Shown piece by piece: positions 25,001 through 39,100 of a DNA stretch of 64,000 nucleotides; position 1 is the first letter of the stretch, and each line of letters opens with the position of its first letter. Under the pieces are notes generated by a model. It did no database searches. It was not told the DNA's origin and saw only the letters and a program-made list of their open reading frames with translations. The translations under genes were made by a program, and so were the position numbers. Origin of the DNA: Bugula neritina (taxonomy: Eukaryota; Animalia; Bryozoa); contig OZ037771.1 of NCBI GenBank assembly GCA_964035545.1, forward strand, positions 7,679,208 through 7,743,207. Direction: 5' to 3'.

Positions 25001-28000
25001 GGTAGTGGTGGGCACTTCCTACGAAGTTGCCCCCGCGGCAGTGGGAGGCGGTTAAACAGCGACGGCCCACGGTAACTTCCGCCTACCGTGGGCCCGAGTT
25101 TAACCCCCCAAGGCAAAGGCTACGGCCCCCACCCCATCGGGTGAGGAGGCCGCCTTCGCCAGAGTGGCAAGTCCCAAGGAGAGTGAGTCGGCCGCAAGGC
25201 CCACCAATACCTCCGGCTTGGGCACTCAAAAACCGCTTTGAAGGTTTGCTTGATGAGGGAGTGAACGACGAATGGGAGCACAACAGGGATTTTCCTCGGT
25301 TGCCCACACGAGCATCAGTCCGAGAATTCACTCGGCCGCCCGTGTGTGAGCGAGACCGAGACGTACCCTGCCCGCCCATGCAACGTCGACGACCCCCTCG
25401 CAACCGAAAAGCACAGGTGCATCCCCAATTCCATGCACATGAGGTGTCGCCTCAAGAGACAAATCGCTCAGTGAGCGCCCAGCCATATGGAAGCAGCTAT
25501 TTCCTCCCCGGCAAAATTGCTGGTAAAGCTGCCACATTCCTGTTGGATACTGGGTGTACCACAAATCTACTGAGTCGACGTCTCTTCGACACTCTCAGTG
25601 CCAAGGACAGGGCTAGCCTAGAACCATATGAGGGGGAACGCGGCACGTTGGCGGACGGGTCGTGTATTCCTTTCTATGGGGTAATCCAGTTGACTGGTAG
25701 AGTCCGTGATCAGATGATCAGTGAGACCTTCATCGTCAGTCAACTCAAGGAGGATGCCATCTTGGGCATGCCATTTCTGAAGCGACACAGGTGCTACATC
25801 GACTTTAGCAAGTCGGCAGTAGTGATGGCGGGGCGTGAGCTGGCCTGTGTCGACCGATTTGGCCGACCCTTGGTGGGGGGAGTGCAGGTGGTACAGCGCT
25901 GTACTGTACCTGGGCGCTCCCGGGCTACAGTTCGCTGCAGAGTGAACTGTAGGGAGATCTCCGAGCTCGGAGTGGTGGAAGGTGCACTGGGGGGCGTCCA
26001 GCTCGCTAACAGTCTGAATAGACTGGATGAGCGGAGGGAGTTCCTGGTCCAGTGCGTAAACCCTTTCACGGAGCCGGTAGAATTACCGGCTGGGTCTCTA
26101 GTAGGGAAGTTCCACTCCGTGCAAGAGGAGGATGTAGGGCCCGCGCTGGAAACAGCGGGCGGTGCCCGGGGAGTACCCACTAGAGACGGCAGGGGGCCGG
26201 TGCCTGAACACGTAGCAGAGTTGTACGAGGATGCCTGTGATGGCTGCGAGAGCAAGCGAGAACGCCTGGAGATGGCGCGGCTACTCTCTGAGTACAAGGA
26301 TGTGTTCAGTTGCGGCGACCATGACATGGGTCTGACTGAGACGGTTCGTCATGAGATACCCCTGGCGGCGGGGATGGTGCCGATTCGGCAGCCGACCCGC
26401 CGGTTAGGTCCTGAGAAGGAGAGAGAAGTGAGCCGTCAGGTGCAAGACCTTCTGAACCGGGACCTGATTGAGCCAGGCCATGGGGCCTGGAGTTCTCCAG
26501 TCGTCCTGGTTCGGAAAAAGGATGGTAGCTGGAGGTTTTGCGTTGATTATCGCAGGCTGAACAGCGTGACCATCCAGGACGCTTACCCTCTCCCGAGGAT
26601 TGATGAGTCGCTCGATGCCTTAGCTGGTAGCAAGTTCTTCAGCACGTTAGACTTGTTAAGCGGGTATTGGCAGGTGCCCCTGAGTCCTGAAGCACAGGAC
26701 AAGGCCGCGTTTATAACGCGGGATGGGCTCTGGAAATGGAAGGTGTTGCCATTCGGACTTACGTCCGCACCAGCCACCTTCCAGCGACTCATGGAGCAGG
26801 TCCTGAGTGGACTGCACTGGAAGACCTTGCTCATATATCTCGATGATGTCATCGTCATCTCCCCCGACTTCGACACACATGTCAGTCGACTCAGGGAGGT
26901 GTTCGACAGACTCCGAGCTGCTAACCTGAAGCTGAAGCCCTCGAAGTGTGCATTACTGCAACGCGAGGTCAAGTACCTGGGCCATGTAGTTGGTCGAGAC
27001 GGGGTCGCCACCGACCCCGAGAAGGTACGGGCCGTGAGGGACTGGGCCGTTCCTGTCGACCTCTCTGAATTGCGGGCATTCCTGGAGCTGGTTGGGTACT
27101 ATCGTCAGTACATACCAGACTTCGCAGGAATTGCACAGCCGTTAAATCGGCTGACCGCAAAGGGGGTGCGATGGCAGTGGACGCAAGCTGAGCAGAAGGC
27201 ATTTGACCACCTGAAGGATCGCCTGGTGGAGGCACCCATCTTGGCGTATCCTGACCCTGCGAAGGAGTACATTTTGGATACTGATGCCAGTAACCATAAT
27301 GTGGGGGCTGTGCTATCGCAGGTCCAAGATGGTCGCGAGGTGGTGGTAGCTTACTATAGCAAGGCCCTGTCGGCGCCTGAGAAGAACTACTGTACAACCA
27401 GGAGGGAACTCTTGGCAGTAGTCAAGGCGGTCAAACACTTTAGACCATATCTATACGGGCGCACATTCCGGCTTCGGACGGATCATGCGTCCCTGATATG
27501 GCTGTGTCGACGGGCAGAACCATCCAGCCAAGTGGCGCGCTGGCTAGAGATCCTGGCAGAGTTTTCTTATCGGATCGAACATCGACCCGGTAAGAAACAC
27601 GGTAATGCAGATGGACTCAGCCGCCGCCAGGCAGATGGGTGTAAGCAATGCCAGAATATCGAGCGCAGGGACGGTGGACCCCCTCGCTCGGACGTCGAAG
27701 CGCAGTTGGGGAAAGCGGGTGTGTACAGCTGGGAAGAAGGGCAACTCCTGTCCGAATCACCCAACAAAGCTGTTAACAACCTTCACGCAAACCCCACGTT
27801 GCTTCGGAACGTCAGGGAGCTATGTCGGCTCCAGTCCACGCTACCAGGAGTGGTAGCTGACCTAGTCCGGGCCAAGAAGGAGGGACGGCGGCCGAGTGAG
27901 GCCGAACAGCGAGTGAAGAGTACTGAGTTTAAGTACTTCTGTGACCGCTGGGACTCCCTAAGGTTCAACAGCGATGGGCTGCTAACGATCACGTTGGCAG

Positions 28001-31000
28001 TCGGCACCAATCGCAGTGAACGAGAGAGGGTAGTCTGCCCGTCAGCTCTGCGGCGGGAGTTGATCTGGGACACCCATAAGCAAGCTCACGCAGGAGCTAG
28101 CCGGGTGATCAGGTGTCTTCAACTCCAGTGGTTTTGGCCCGGTATGACCCGGGATGTCCGACTCCGGGTGCGGAAGTGCGAGGTGTGCCAAGCTAGCAAG
28201 CATGGCCGCCCCACTGAGACCGCAGGGAGGCGTCGCCTCCATGCCGGTCGTCCGTGGCAGGTGGTTGCTGTCGATCTGGTAGGCCCCATGCCCACTACAG
28301 CGAAAGGTAATAACTGGATACTGGTATTAACTGACCATTTCACGCGGTGGTCTGATGCACTGGCTATTCCAGATGCGTCGGCCCCCTCGGTGGCCAGAGC
28401 TCTGGATCAACAAGTGTTCTGCTATTTCGGCTTGCCGGAGCAGATACACTCTGACCAGGGCGCCCAGTTTCAGTCGCAACTTATGAGCGATCTCTGTAGA
28501 ATGTGGGGGGTAAACCAGAGTCGGACGACCCCGTATCACCCGCAAGGGAACGGGGTCGTGGAGCGGAACAACCGAATGCTAGGGGATTCTCTGAGAAGCC
28601 TGCTTATCGGTAGGAGCCAGGAAGAGTGGGACTTGGTGTTGCCGCAGATCATGCGAGCGTACCGTAGTACCCCTCACTCCAGTACACTGGAGACCCCTAA
28701 TTTTCTCATGCTGGGGAGAGAAACAAGGGTTCCTGAGCACGTAACCTATCATGTTCCGAATCCAGAGAGCAATGTCCACGACTACGTGGACAAGCTCGTA
28801 AAACGCATGGGGACGGCTCACGAGGTGCTACGTGAGCAGCAGTGGCAGGTCAGGAGTGGTGACTCTGACGACCCACCTTTATACAAGGTGGGGGACTGGG
28901 TCTGGATGACCAGTCATCGCCGCAGGCGCGGACAGGCAGCCAAGTTGCAGCCGAAGTTCGTAGGTCCCTACTGCGTAATTGAGGTAATGCCAAATCATAC
29001 ATACAAAGTGGAACGGTCTGGACAAGTGTCGGTCCAGAACGAGGCACGGCTAAAACCTCACTGGGCAAGTCCTGATGCGGCAGGTCAAGCACCTCCTCTC
29101 TTAGAGCCAGCTAGGCGCCCTCCTATGAGGGGGCGACCCATGGCATATCGAGAGATTGAGGAGATACTGCCAGACCAGGACGGGGCGGCTGATGCGCCAG
29201 CCGACCAGCCCCAACCTCCTCCACCCCAGGAAGAGGAGGTCGACACACCTGAAGACCTGTCGGAGCCGGCACCACCACCTGTGGAGCCGGTCGACAGGCC
29301 CATCGTCCCGGATGAGATGGCAATTCCTCAAAATCATGAGGAAGAGGCAGCTGGGGGGGGACCACCCGTACTGGTGGACCCCCCCGTACTGGCGACACCA
29401 CCCGTGGTGGAAGAGTCACCAGTCGTAGCAAATTCCCCAGTGCAGTTGGAGCGTAGCCAACGCACTAGGGCGCCTCCATCTTATTTAAAAGATTTCTTGT
29501 GTGATGCAGTGGAAAAACATCCAGCAGCTATCATAAAAGAAATCTGGGGGGACGAGCAATTGAGAGTTGCGTTTCCAAGGTATAAGGAGACGCAATTGTG
29601 AGTTGCCTACCCCAGTGGTGTGACACAAAACACCACCGGGGGTAAGAAATGAGCGAAGTCAGCTCGCTAGTGAAAGGGGTGTTATACAATCACTTTCACT
29701 GCGGAAAGCGTTCTTTTCTGATTCAACTGCCAACGTGCACGCATGTACTTGGCAGGCTGGCGCACTACGTAGCCTAAGTGAGCAGCAGACTAAAGTCAGG
29801 GCTGTCTTATGGTAAGTCTACTAGTATAATTCTATTATTTAAGTAGAATTCAAGCTGGTAGCCTAAATCAGTCTCGCTTTATCATAACGATAAAGTTGAT
29901 TTCCCAAGTCAGGTGATTCACTGATGACTTGAGTGGGGCGGTCGACCACATGATTAATTATTAATCAGTGGTTAGTGATTGCGAGACTCAGTCGAGGTGT
30001 CGTACTGACAGGTGCAAACCCCTTCAACAGTTGTTGGCATTCTGTTGCAGGTGAGACTGGAATGGCGGGGCCAAATTCCTTCTCATGGCATAACGCAGTC
30101 ACATTATTCATCTCAACTTTTGGCTAGATGCTGGCTGCTTGACTAGATTCTTGTAGCGACATGACAGCAGTGCTGATGGCTGTCATCACAGAAGTGCCAG
30201 AGACAACTGGCACGTAGCTCCTTCCTCCCCTCCTCTGGCGATCACGTTCCGGTATAGGCAGAGTAGTTCTTCCCTCTTCTCCCCTGTGGCTACATCCTAA
30301 TAAGAAGAAGAAGTAATATTAAAGATTCCTGCATGAAGTTAAAAAGTAAAAATAGAAGTTAAGAAGAAGAAGTAATACTAAAGATTCCTGCATGAAGTTA
30401 AAAAGTAAAAATAGAAGTTAAGAAAAAGAAGTAATATTAAAGATTCCTGCATGAAGTAAAAAGAAAAATAGAAGTTAAGAAGAAGTCTTCCCTTTCTTCC
30501 TTTTGGGAATTCGACGGCGACGAGGTAGACGTTGGTAGTAAAGAGACCAGTCAACCCCCCCTCCATCTTTCCCCCCTTTGGGGAGATTCCTTCCACTCTC
30601 TCCCCCCTTTGGGAGAGACTCCTTTGCCACGCTTGATTCTTCTGGGGACTCATCGATTCCCCCATCGCTTGGCTTCGACTAGACGAGTGTGAAGCAGTAC
30701 ATCTCCTTCTCACTAAGTTCATGCTACCCTACATCATTTGGTGAAGAGATTCCCCCCCCCTACCCTGTGACTGACCCGGATCGATCGTGTACAACATGGA
30801 CATCGTTTTGAATACATATTTTGTGTTCTCTCATTCCTGGTGGTTTTGATCTTTTTGTTTTATTTTGCCTTTATTCCTTTTGTTATTTTTTTGAGATTAT
30901 GTGCATCAATCGTAGAGTGTACTTTTCGATAGGTGTGGCGAGTGTGGTAGATTTTAGTGGTGCAAGTATATTGTATTAATCGAAAAGGTTTACTCTATAT

Positions 31001-33145
31001 TGTTTTATGTATCTTGTGAGTTCGACACTGTCGGAGTGTAACTATGGACAGTAGTGGCACCATTAGTAGCCACCAATCAGGACAGTGACACTAATTGATA
31101 GCAGGTGGAGCTAGCTACTCGTAGTTGCAGTGCGCTGAGTAGCTAGCCGGCAGAGCAGCTTGGGACTTCATTTAGAACAGTTGTGTATTAAAGCTCACTA
31201 ATTATGTAATCGTTTTCTATTCATGCTAGCAGTAAATAACCTTCTTGTATTTGTGTAAATAATAAAGTATCTTATCGTAAACAACCTGTCGCAGTGGCTT
31301 TGATTAAGTAGACCCACAAATAATAATAGTGAACTGGCAAAATTCACTACAATATTATACAATGTAGAGTAACAGTGAGGGACACATTGCAGTAAAACTA
31401 GTGAGAAATATAAAAAGAAAATAAGATGATTTTACAAGCTCAGCAACAAAAGGTATGTCTTGAGAAAGTTGAAGAATGGGTTTCACAGCTACCTAACTGG
31501 CTATTGGGAGTTGCAACACATTATTCAAGTGAAATGTACTCTAAAGCTCAGAGAAGGCTCTGAACTGTTAAGGAATGTTAAAGAGTTTAACTTAAAAATA
31601 TTCAGCTGGAAAACAAATACTCGGCAGCAGACAATAACCTGTACAGACTAGTGTATCACAGATTAAATGAAAACTAGATAACTGTAACTCACACACAAAT
31701 AGTCTATGTACTCAGTTAAGGTTTATGAAAGGTCATGTGACTAGACAGCACAGGACAGCTGCTACCTGCACTTTTTATTCTATTTGTTTTTAATTTTCAA
31801 TTGAATAATGGATTTGCGGTTTGAAAATTTTGGAAGATAATACTCTGAGTTAAATTTTCTTAATAAAATTATCCCATTCCTAAGAATGATGCAAGAAATA
31901 TTCGTTTCTATCAGTGGACTAAATTCTTACTTTCAAAGCAGGAGTGAAGGATTAGAAGGTCGTCAACATCAAAGTTCCTCTGTCCAGTTGAAGTCTCAGC
32001 TTCCTGTTGATGAGTTCTGAGAGCAGAAAGTTCTGGTGAGGAGGAATTGGTACTCTGTTGAATATTCTGCTCAGTTTGACTGACTGAGTTACCTGATTGA
32101 TTAGTAACACATGTGATATACCAACCAGTATTCTATGTACATGTATGAAGACTAGAGTATCATATAATACAGTATTACAATAGTATAATATATTCTTACT
32201 CGTATCATATCTACACTCACCAACTCTGCACGCCTGAATAACCACAACTTTAGGCTTGCCGGCCATGTTGGGAAAATTTGTAGAGTTGATGAGACTGTAG
32301 ATCTGTGTTAGATAGACTGGCTGTGAGTCAACTCCATGAATCATTCCATTAGCTCCGTGTGCAAACAGAAACAGGAAGAACATACCATAAGTGTTATGAA
32401 TCTCATCTCTAGTCTCTGATTGAATACACTGGAGTATCTCCTGTATATGAATATAACACAACACACACAGTATACAAACTCAATGTGAGAGAGTCTATTC
32501 TATGAACAGGACTGACCAGCTCCAATAAACATACACCTTTATTCAGTACAGAGAGAATACAAGTGAAGACAACTCCCGAGACTACATCCATATATTTGGT
32601 GTGAGTGTTGGGAGAGGGGAGAATCATTTCCTTCAATAATTGCAGCTCAGACACAGAATGAAGCAAACATACAAACATGGCGGGGAGGAGGGGGGTGCAA
32701 CCCAACCATTTGTCAACATCTTTTTTTCAACAACTGCTATCCAAATATAGAGACAAGCAAGCATATCTGTCACGTCTCGTACTAGCCTATAGAAAGTTAA
32801 CTCTGTGAAGCGAAAGTTAGCCCCAAAGTTAAGAGATTGTATTTCCCTATTTTGATAACTGATTCAATAGACAAGTCTGCAGGCTATTATAACAGTGAAG
32901 TGAGACATTAACCACTAATAACTAGTCACACTACGTGATAAGAAGAGGGAGACAACTACAAGTAAATAGAAATATACCTCAGCTGTGAGATCCTTCTGCT
33001 TCACAACCTCAAATCTCATCTTCCTGAACAGAGCAAATGTGTTGTCAACATCATAACTAGAGCCAAGTCTCTCTCCTATATTTCTATACTTGTTGTTGTT
33101 TATAATCAGAGCTCTTCCTCTGAATGGACTCGTCATCTTGTATAT
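22046..33145 (-). CDS. Caspase domain of copy B (5 exons, with a Gypsy element in one intron)
   Basis: Same motifs as copy A; p10 reads SASMRFHDGGSLLIRTL. Confidence 0.9.
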
Positions 33146-36100
33146 CTGTAGATACAGACTATGTAATTAGTTTAGTACTTACTGGGTACATTCTATATAG
33201 AGAATATAATACTGAATAGAACACAACTGACCTGTTCATGTTATATTATAAGTAACTGAAGAGTTAAAAATCATCCATGAGTAGACTAATATGGTTTCGG
33301 GCATATTGTGTGGCTTCTACTAGCCGGAACAGTACTGGGTAAATTGAAAGTATAACCTAGCAGTTTGTTCCATAGAATAGTAACCCATCATTCACACTTA
33401 CCGCACCGTAGGCTGTAACAACAAATATCAGCCATTTTTACAAATGTCTGAGCTTCCTGTATGGCGTTGCGGTATGTAATCAATCACAATCAAGCACTGC
33501 TTAATTCAAAAATGTTGGGCGCACTTCTATTGGGCAGAAGAACTTTTGCGTCAACGCATTGGATATAATTGTCCAATTAAGTGTCGTAAACCATACCTAA
33601 TAGCGAATTTTGAAAACTTCAGCCCGAACACATTAAAAATGGCTGATATTTTACGCTATGGCTGACGGTACAGTAAGCGCGAATGAAGGGTAAATCAATC
33701 ACAAGACTGTTGAAAGAAGGTTATTTCAAACTTGAAGTAAAGTTGATTATTTATAGCGCTAGAAATAAGGTAAAATATTTTTGCAATGAAGACAGCTGGT
33801 AAGTAGTTGGCAAGATGAGAGTGGAAAGAAGAGCCAGGGCTATACAGAGAAAACAGAAAGGAGAACCAAGGCTATACAGAGATAATAGAGAGGAGAGTCA
33901 AGGCTATACAGAGATAACAGAGAGGAGAGCCAAGGCTATACAAAAAACAGAAAGGAGAGCCAAGGCTATACAGAGATAACAGAAAGGAGGGCCAAGGCTA
34001 TACAGAGATAATAGAGAAGAGAGCCAAGGCTATACAGAGATAACAGAAAGGAGGGCCAAGGCTATACAGAGATAACAGAGAGGAGAGCCAAGGCTATACA
34101 GAGATAACAGAAAGGAGAGCCAAGGCTATACAGAGATAACAGAGAGGAGAGCCAAGGCTATAGAATATTCAACATGACATACAAACCTTTGAAGTGTTGA
34201 TGAAGAGAGACTTGATACTCTGATTAGTAGTAGGAACTAGTGTCAACTTGGTAAGATCTTCTGAAGTGGAGGTAGTACCTTCTTCTTCATCCGAAACATC
34301 ACTCAGTACATCATCAGTACCAACAGTATGAGTAGCAGCTCCACTGTGTCCAATATTATCTACATGTACAGGAAACATCACATAAACAGCTCACAGAAAT
34401 GTAATGAAACCAACAACCTACAGGAACAACTTCAACTGTCAATAACAAACATGGAGAATCAGAAAGGAAGAAAGTTATTCCTAATCAATTCACTAGAAGT
34501 AAGTTTAATTCAAGATACCTGGTGGCTTGTAGTTGGTCTTCACAAAATCACTCAGTTTCTGCAGCTCATCTCCAGAAAGCTGGAAAGCTGCAATATAAGT
34601 ATGAATTATGGAGGTTGCTATTACTTGGACAGTACATTACCATCTGAATATGATATAAATAACCTAAGAGAAGATAATCATACTAACTTGGGCGTAAGAG
34701 ACAAGCTGAGACATCTCTGTATGTTCCACATCTACCAGGTGATGAATCTGAAGTCATGGGAAGGAATTCACCATCTTTTGGAGGTCGACACCAGGATGGG
34801 TTGATGAACCTTTTCGGTCGCTTTTCTCCAACCAATGGGCAGTGAGCACACAAGTTGATACAGGTGATTTTACTTGCTCTCCATGTGGAGTTGATGTACT
34901 TTACGGTTGAATGAACTGAAGTGGTCAACATCCTCCAAGCATTGCCTACCTGTCGACAAGCAGACGTTACAGAGATAGTGAGTTTACGAGATTTGTGGTC
35001 ATGCAGCAACTGCAGAGTGTAAGCTTCGTCTCTCAGCTCCACTCCATTCTTTCTTACAGCTTTTTCACTACAATCCTGTATATCATTGACAAGTTTCACA
35101 GAAATCTGGTGGTAGACGTACTGAGGGGGAGTCAAGCCACCAAACAATATGTCTACTGACAGCTTTACAGGTTGTCTCCTGGAGGCAGTCAAGTCGGTGA
35201 AATACTCCTGTGAGAAGTATGGCATAGTGTAACTTAGTTTCTGGGATGAATCTTTCATCTCGAATAACAACTGGAAAGATTGCAGCAATGCGACTGCCAC
35301 CTTCATCTTGTCACTCGTGGTGAAGCTGGTCTCTGCTATCAGAAGATGCTGAGACAGCTTCTCGCTCATCCCGCCAGTTCGAACAAACTCTTGAGCCAAA
35401 TTATTAAACTCTGTTTCATTTTCTATCAACGGATTGTCAAGTGAATCCGCTTCAATCGCTGACCGTCGATTGTTCCACACTTCCTTCTCGTGAGTGAAGA
35501 ATACGTGGAGCAGCTTTGTAACCACAGAGATGTCGTAGAATACCAGAGACTGCAAACTCTCCCTATCCTGGTACCAAATGAGATGGCCACTGTTATGCAT
35601 GTATGACAGAATCACTCTCAGCTGGTCTTCACTTTCCAACTTGCATTCAATGACATGTTGAAGCACTTCTGGAAATGTCTTGTAACTTCCATGGAATGAG
35701 TTGAATGTTTGAGCAACTTTTCTCCACAGAGTAGGCACCTTCTTCACGACTAGTTTACTGTCAGATATGATATGACTTCTCAGCTGATCAAACACCTCTT
35801 CATATTCATCACCCACAACATATATATCTTGTTCTTGAAACAACTCTTGGCGCTGAAAAAGAAAAACTTGTGCAAAGGAGCTGGAATAATTCTCTTTAGA
35901 ATTTCCTTCTAGTTGTATCAAATTGAATACACTTTTGGTGTGGAAAAAGAACAGCCTTTTTAGCTCTTCAAATCCATCTGCACTGTAAGCATCTCGGTGA
36001 GTGAAAACAAGTTTGGGTGCTCTAAGTCTAGGATTGGCCAAGTACAGATGTGAGAGCCAATCAAAATATGTGCATCGAACTGCTTCATTACCATTCACCT

Positions 36101-39100
36101 CCAAACAGAGCTCTTCAAACTCCTTTAGATTCACAACCACAATAGGAATACAGTTCTGTTTCAATGTGAACTGGTAGGTAGATTGGTAGATTTCATTGCC
36201 ACCAAAATCTATGAACTGAAGAACATTGTCACCAACCACTAACTTTTCCATATTGAAGACACGAGTTGTTTCATCTTCCACTGCATCAGCCGCTCTATTG
36301 GTTAATTCCCTTTTGCCATCGGATCCCACCAGCGTTTTTGCTAGGCTGGTTTTCCCAGATAACGATCTACCCACTAGAGCGACCGTAGTTTCAGAAACTT
36401 CTACATGACCAGACCTAAGATCTTTATAATACTGTCTGATAGCCGGTAGTCCGTCTATACACACAGCATAAGGTGGAGATGTGAGTGATTCACACCCTAA
36501 GCAGTTCAGTTCAGTCAGATTAGGCATGTTGAGAAGTTGAGGAGTTAAACATGTCATCTTAGTGTTGAATGGCAAGTCCATGTATCGGAGATTCTGGAGT
36601 TGACCAACACTACCAAGTAAGTATATAATATAACTTTAGTATTATTCTATATCAAATGTGTTATGCTTAAAAGTAAAACTTGATTAAATACATAATAGTT
36701 AAGTATCTAACATAGCCTGGGAGATAAATAGTGTTTGACAGTACAACTGTTGCAAATGACTAGAACACAGGTCAAACTGAAAATATAGCCTAGAATGCCT
36801 ACTTGACTTAACAGTAAAACCATTACAGTGAAAAAATTGAGTATAGATTTAAAATTTGCAGATTTTATTACATTTGAAAACTTTTGTACTACAATAATAC
36901 AATTGCAATATATGGAAATTGTATTATTGCAAAACTATTACAGCCATGCGTAAAAGTTTTGACACCCCCATGCACTTTTTGCAGCTTTGAGAAATGGCTA
37001 AACAGGATTTTCAATTTCTCAATACTCTAAAAAACTTAAAATAATGCCAAACTGTTGCATATGGTGTTGTGTGTTGTCTTCTAATCTAACTAAACAAGTT
37101 TAAATAATATTTTAATAATATTAAATAGATAAACTACATTTGTTCTAAGTAGCTCTCAAGCAGAAGTAAATTTTCAAGTGTTGTTTACCCATTTAGGCTC
37201 AGTTTTGCCCCCATACCATTTCACATACAAGGCAAAGTACTGTATTGTGAACAAAATATTTACAAAGTTTCAACCTGGGAACAAGCATTGTGCAACTTAA
37301 AATGAAACTCTATTACAGACTGAGTAAGCAGTAATCACATAATACACCTCACAAATCTACTATTTCTCTAAACTCAGACTTCCCTTCATTATGGTGAGTG
37401 GTGGAAGACAAGATTTTAGCAGACAGCAGCTATCAAACTAAGAAGTACTGAAAGAAAGCAGTAATTGGGTTTGGTTTTTCAGCATTATAGGAAACTAGGG
37501 AGTGATTTATGGGATGTCATGACATTGGTGATTTCATACTTATAATTGGCTCATGAAAATTGGCTAAACCAGGTAAAAGAGAGAAAATTCAATTACTAGA
37601 GTGGCCCGTGCAGAAGGCCAAAAGAATATTTTTATAGACAATACAAAGAAGAGTAGCTGAGATAAAACCAACTGACATGGTCAATTTAGCTAGAACTGTC
37701 ATCAATGCATGGTAATGGATATGAGATAAACCACAAAATCAGCTGTGTTAGTGGAGAATATGTCAGCCTACTGCCTAGCAGTCATTGGTGCTAATAGTTA
37801 CTCACTCACACTGAAACACTGATATGTTATGTGCAACAATCTTTTCACACACGAAAACATCTCATTGTACAATCTTCTTCATTTTGCTAACCAACTAAAG
37901 AGAAAATTTCAAATCCTACATAAATATGTTTCAGTGCAAAAATTGATGGCAAAAAGCTTTTTAGCATTTTTCTATTGATAAGCTTATGCTATACAATAAA
38001 TAACAATGATCTAGAGTTGTAGCTCAGCCAATAAGTTGCATTTCATATATATATTTAAATATTTAAATATGTTTACGTAATAGAAGACAATATATAACTA
38101 ACAAGTTGGCTTTCAAGCTGTTAAGAGGTGTTTTGAACAAGCTCACACAATACTCAACATTACTGGACAGCTTTCTATTAGGACTCATTAACAGGAGGGG
38201 ACAGTATAATTTCTATGAGCTGTCCCCAAATTGGGTAAGTGTTTAATACATGATTGCTTACTATTACTTGCCTACACCATGCCCCCCAAAACTAGAACTG
38301 ATTCAACAGCATCAGATATTGATGCTACCATGAAAGAAATACTTCAACAACTGAAAAAGATTAATAATAGGATTGAGATAATAGAAGAAAAGGTGGACAG
38401 TATAGAGAGTAGTCTGAACTATCATACAGAATGGAAGGAAGTGAAAGAGGATATGGATCAAATAAAGAATACCATTCCAGCACTGAAAGGAAAGATGGAG
38501 GAGCACGAAATTGAAAAGGCAAATAAGATGGCAGAAATACAGGGCGTACCCCATCACCAAGATGAGTCCCTGAAGGATATAGTAACAAAATTAGCTGAAT
38601 TGAATGATGTACACCTCACTCCAGTCAATATTGATATGGTTTACAGAAATAAATCCAAAAAGTCTATTATTGTCAAGTTTATTCAGACTCATATCTGTCA
38701 AGACTTCATAAGATCATTCAAGGCTAAGAAAAACAAGTCACTTACTAGTAAAGAACTTGGTTATAAAACTGCATCTAAGATATATATCAATGAATACCTC
38801 TTATACCCAACTAGACAACTGTTCCACAAAGTCAGAGAATATAAGAAAGAGAATAACTTTAAATTTGCTTGGACAATAAACCAAAAAGTCTTCTTGAGAG
38901 AAACGGAAGGTTCCAAAGCCATCCACATTAAGTCCCTATCTGATCTCTAAGATGCTTAAGACGCCAGTATTTATATAATCGAAATTGTTTTTCATATTCT
39001 AACAAAATGGAACTTTGTAATACCAGCAAACATTTCACTATAGATGACCTAAACAATATTTCTTGTAATGATTTTCGAGTGCTTCACTGCAATATACGCA

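Larger units (their letters stand above)
23742..31351 (+). mobile_element. Full-length Ty3/Gypsy LTR retrotransposon, antisense in a caspase intron of copy B
   Basis: Apparently identical 409-bp LTRs (23742-24150, 30943-31351; TG..CA), 4-bp TSD ATAT, empty site in copy A (~2448). PBS TGGTGGCAGCGGTGGGAT complementary to a tRNA-Leu 3' end. Confidence 0.97.

Noticed and set aside
24745-29431. Many minus-strand ORFs over the Gypsy gag-pol
   Set aside because: Antisense shadows of GC-rich coding sequence with no motifs.
29905-30000. Hammerhead ribozyme suggested by CTGATGA at 29921
   Set aside because: No correctly placed GAAA or closing stems; the motif lies inside a simple hairpin.
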